Source: a virus
Taxonomy: Duplodnaviria; Caudoviricetes
DNA length: 53,474 nucleotides
IMG/VR virus record: IMGVR_UViG_3300050139_000115
Span: 1 to 53,474 of that record
Reading direction: 5' to 3' (one strand)
Shown: one piece after another, positions 53,344-53,474 of the stretch
How positions within the stretch are numbered: the first letter of the stretch is position 1
Layout: each line of letters opens with the position of its first letter
The notes under the pieces: model-generated
Told to the model about the DNA's origin: nothing
Databases searched by the model: none
Seen by the model: only the letters and a program-made list of their open reading frames with translations
Translations under genes and position numbers: made by a program

Positions 53344-53474
53344 ATGAACGACTCGAAAATCATCCCCCTGCAGCAGCTTTACCTTTCAACCCTTGTCGCC
53401 CTCGTCAACGCCGACAAACTGGACGCGGTGCAGCAAGACCTCGGCCAGGATGCCGGCCGCTTGTGGCTGGTGAG
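53344..53474 (+). CDS. Hypothetical protein, 5' part (continues to position 332)
   Basis: GGAG RBS and ATG 53344. Confidence 0.75.
   Translation, partial: MNDSKIIPLQQLYLSTLVALVNADKLDAVQQDLGQDAGRLWLV
53348..53474. repeat. Terminal direct repeat, right copy
   Basis: Identical to 1-127. Confidence 0.95.

Noticed and set aside
53348-53474. Biological terminal repeat
   Set aside because: 127 bp equals a common assembler k-mer, the repeat falls mid-gene, and the terminase/HNH set suggests cos packaging.

Overview
The window is an apparently complete, circularly assembled temperate siphophage genome of 53,347 bp; positions 1-127 are repeated at 53348-53474, consistent with a k=127 assembly overlap. 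It has an HK97-type head (P27-like TerS, TerL, portal, ClpP-type protease, major capsid), a long non-contractile tail, a lambdoid cI/cro switch with four operators, a primase/helicase, Q-like and HNH genes, a GH108 lysis module, and Xis/Int with an intact attP matching the 3' half of tRNA-His. The host is probably a GC-rich proteobacterium (inference only). Main points: (1) Two complete, sequence-unrelated diversity-generating retroelements. DGR1 (+, early operon) diversifies two small non-structural DUF1566-like proteins; DGR2 (-, late operon) diversifies an Mtd-like tail protein. TR/VR pairs were aligned by hand. (2) A candidate virion-modification system in the structural operon: a DUF115/Maf-like + GT9 glycosyltransferase with no start codon of its own that appears to be made by -1 frameshifting from a small capsid-adjacent gene, a TylF-like O-methyltransferase, a second DUF115-like gene near the tail tube gene, and an N-terminal leader motif shared by the capsid and tail tube proteins. 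(3) Four DUF6527-like paralogues, a frameshift-split primase-helicase, a split LapG-like protease, and an inverted cassette between the putative cos and terS. Family assignments come from recognising motifs by eye; no database searches were run.
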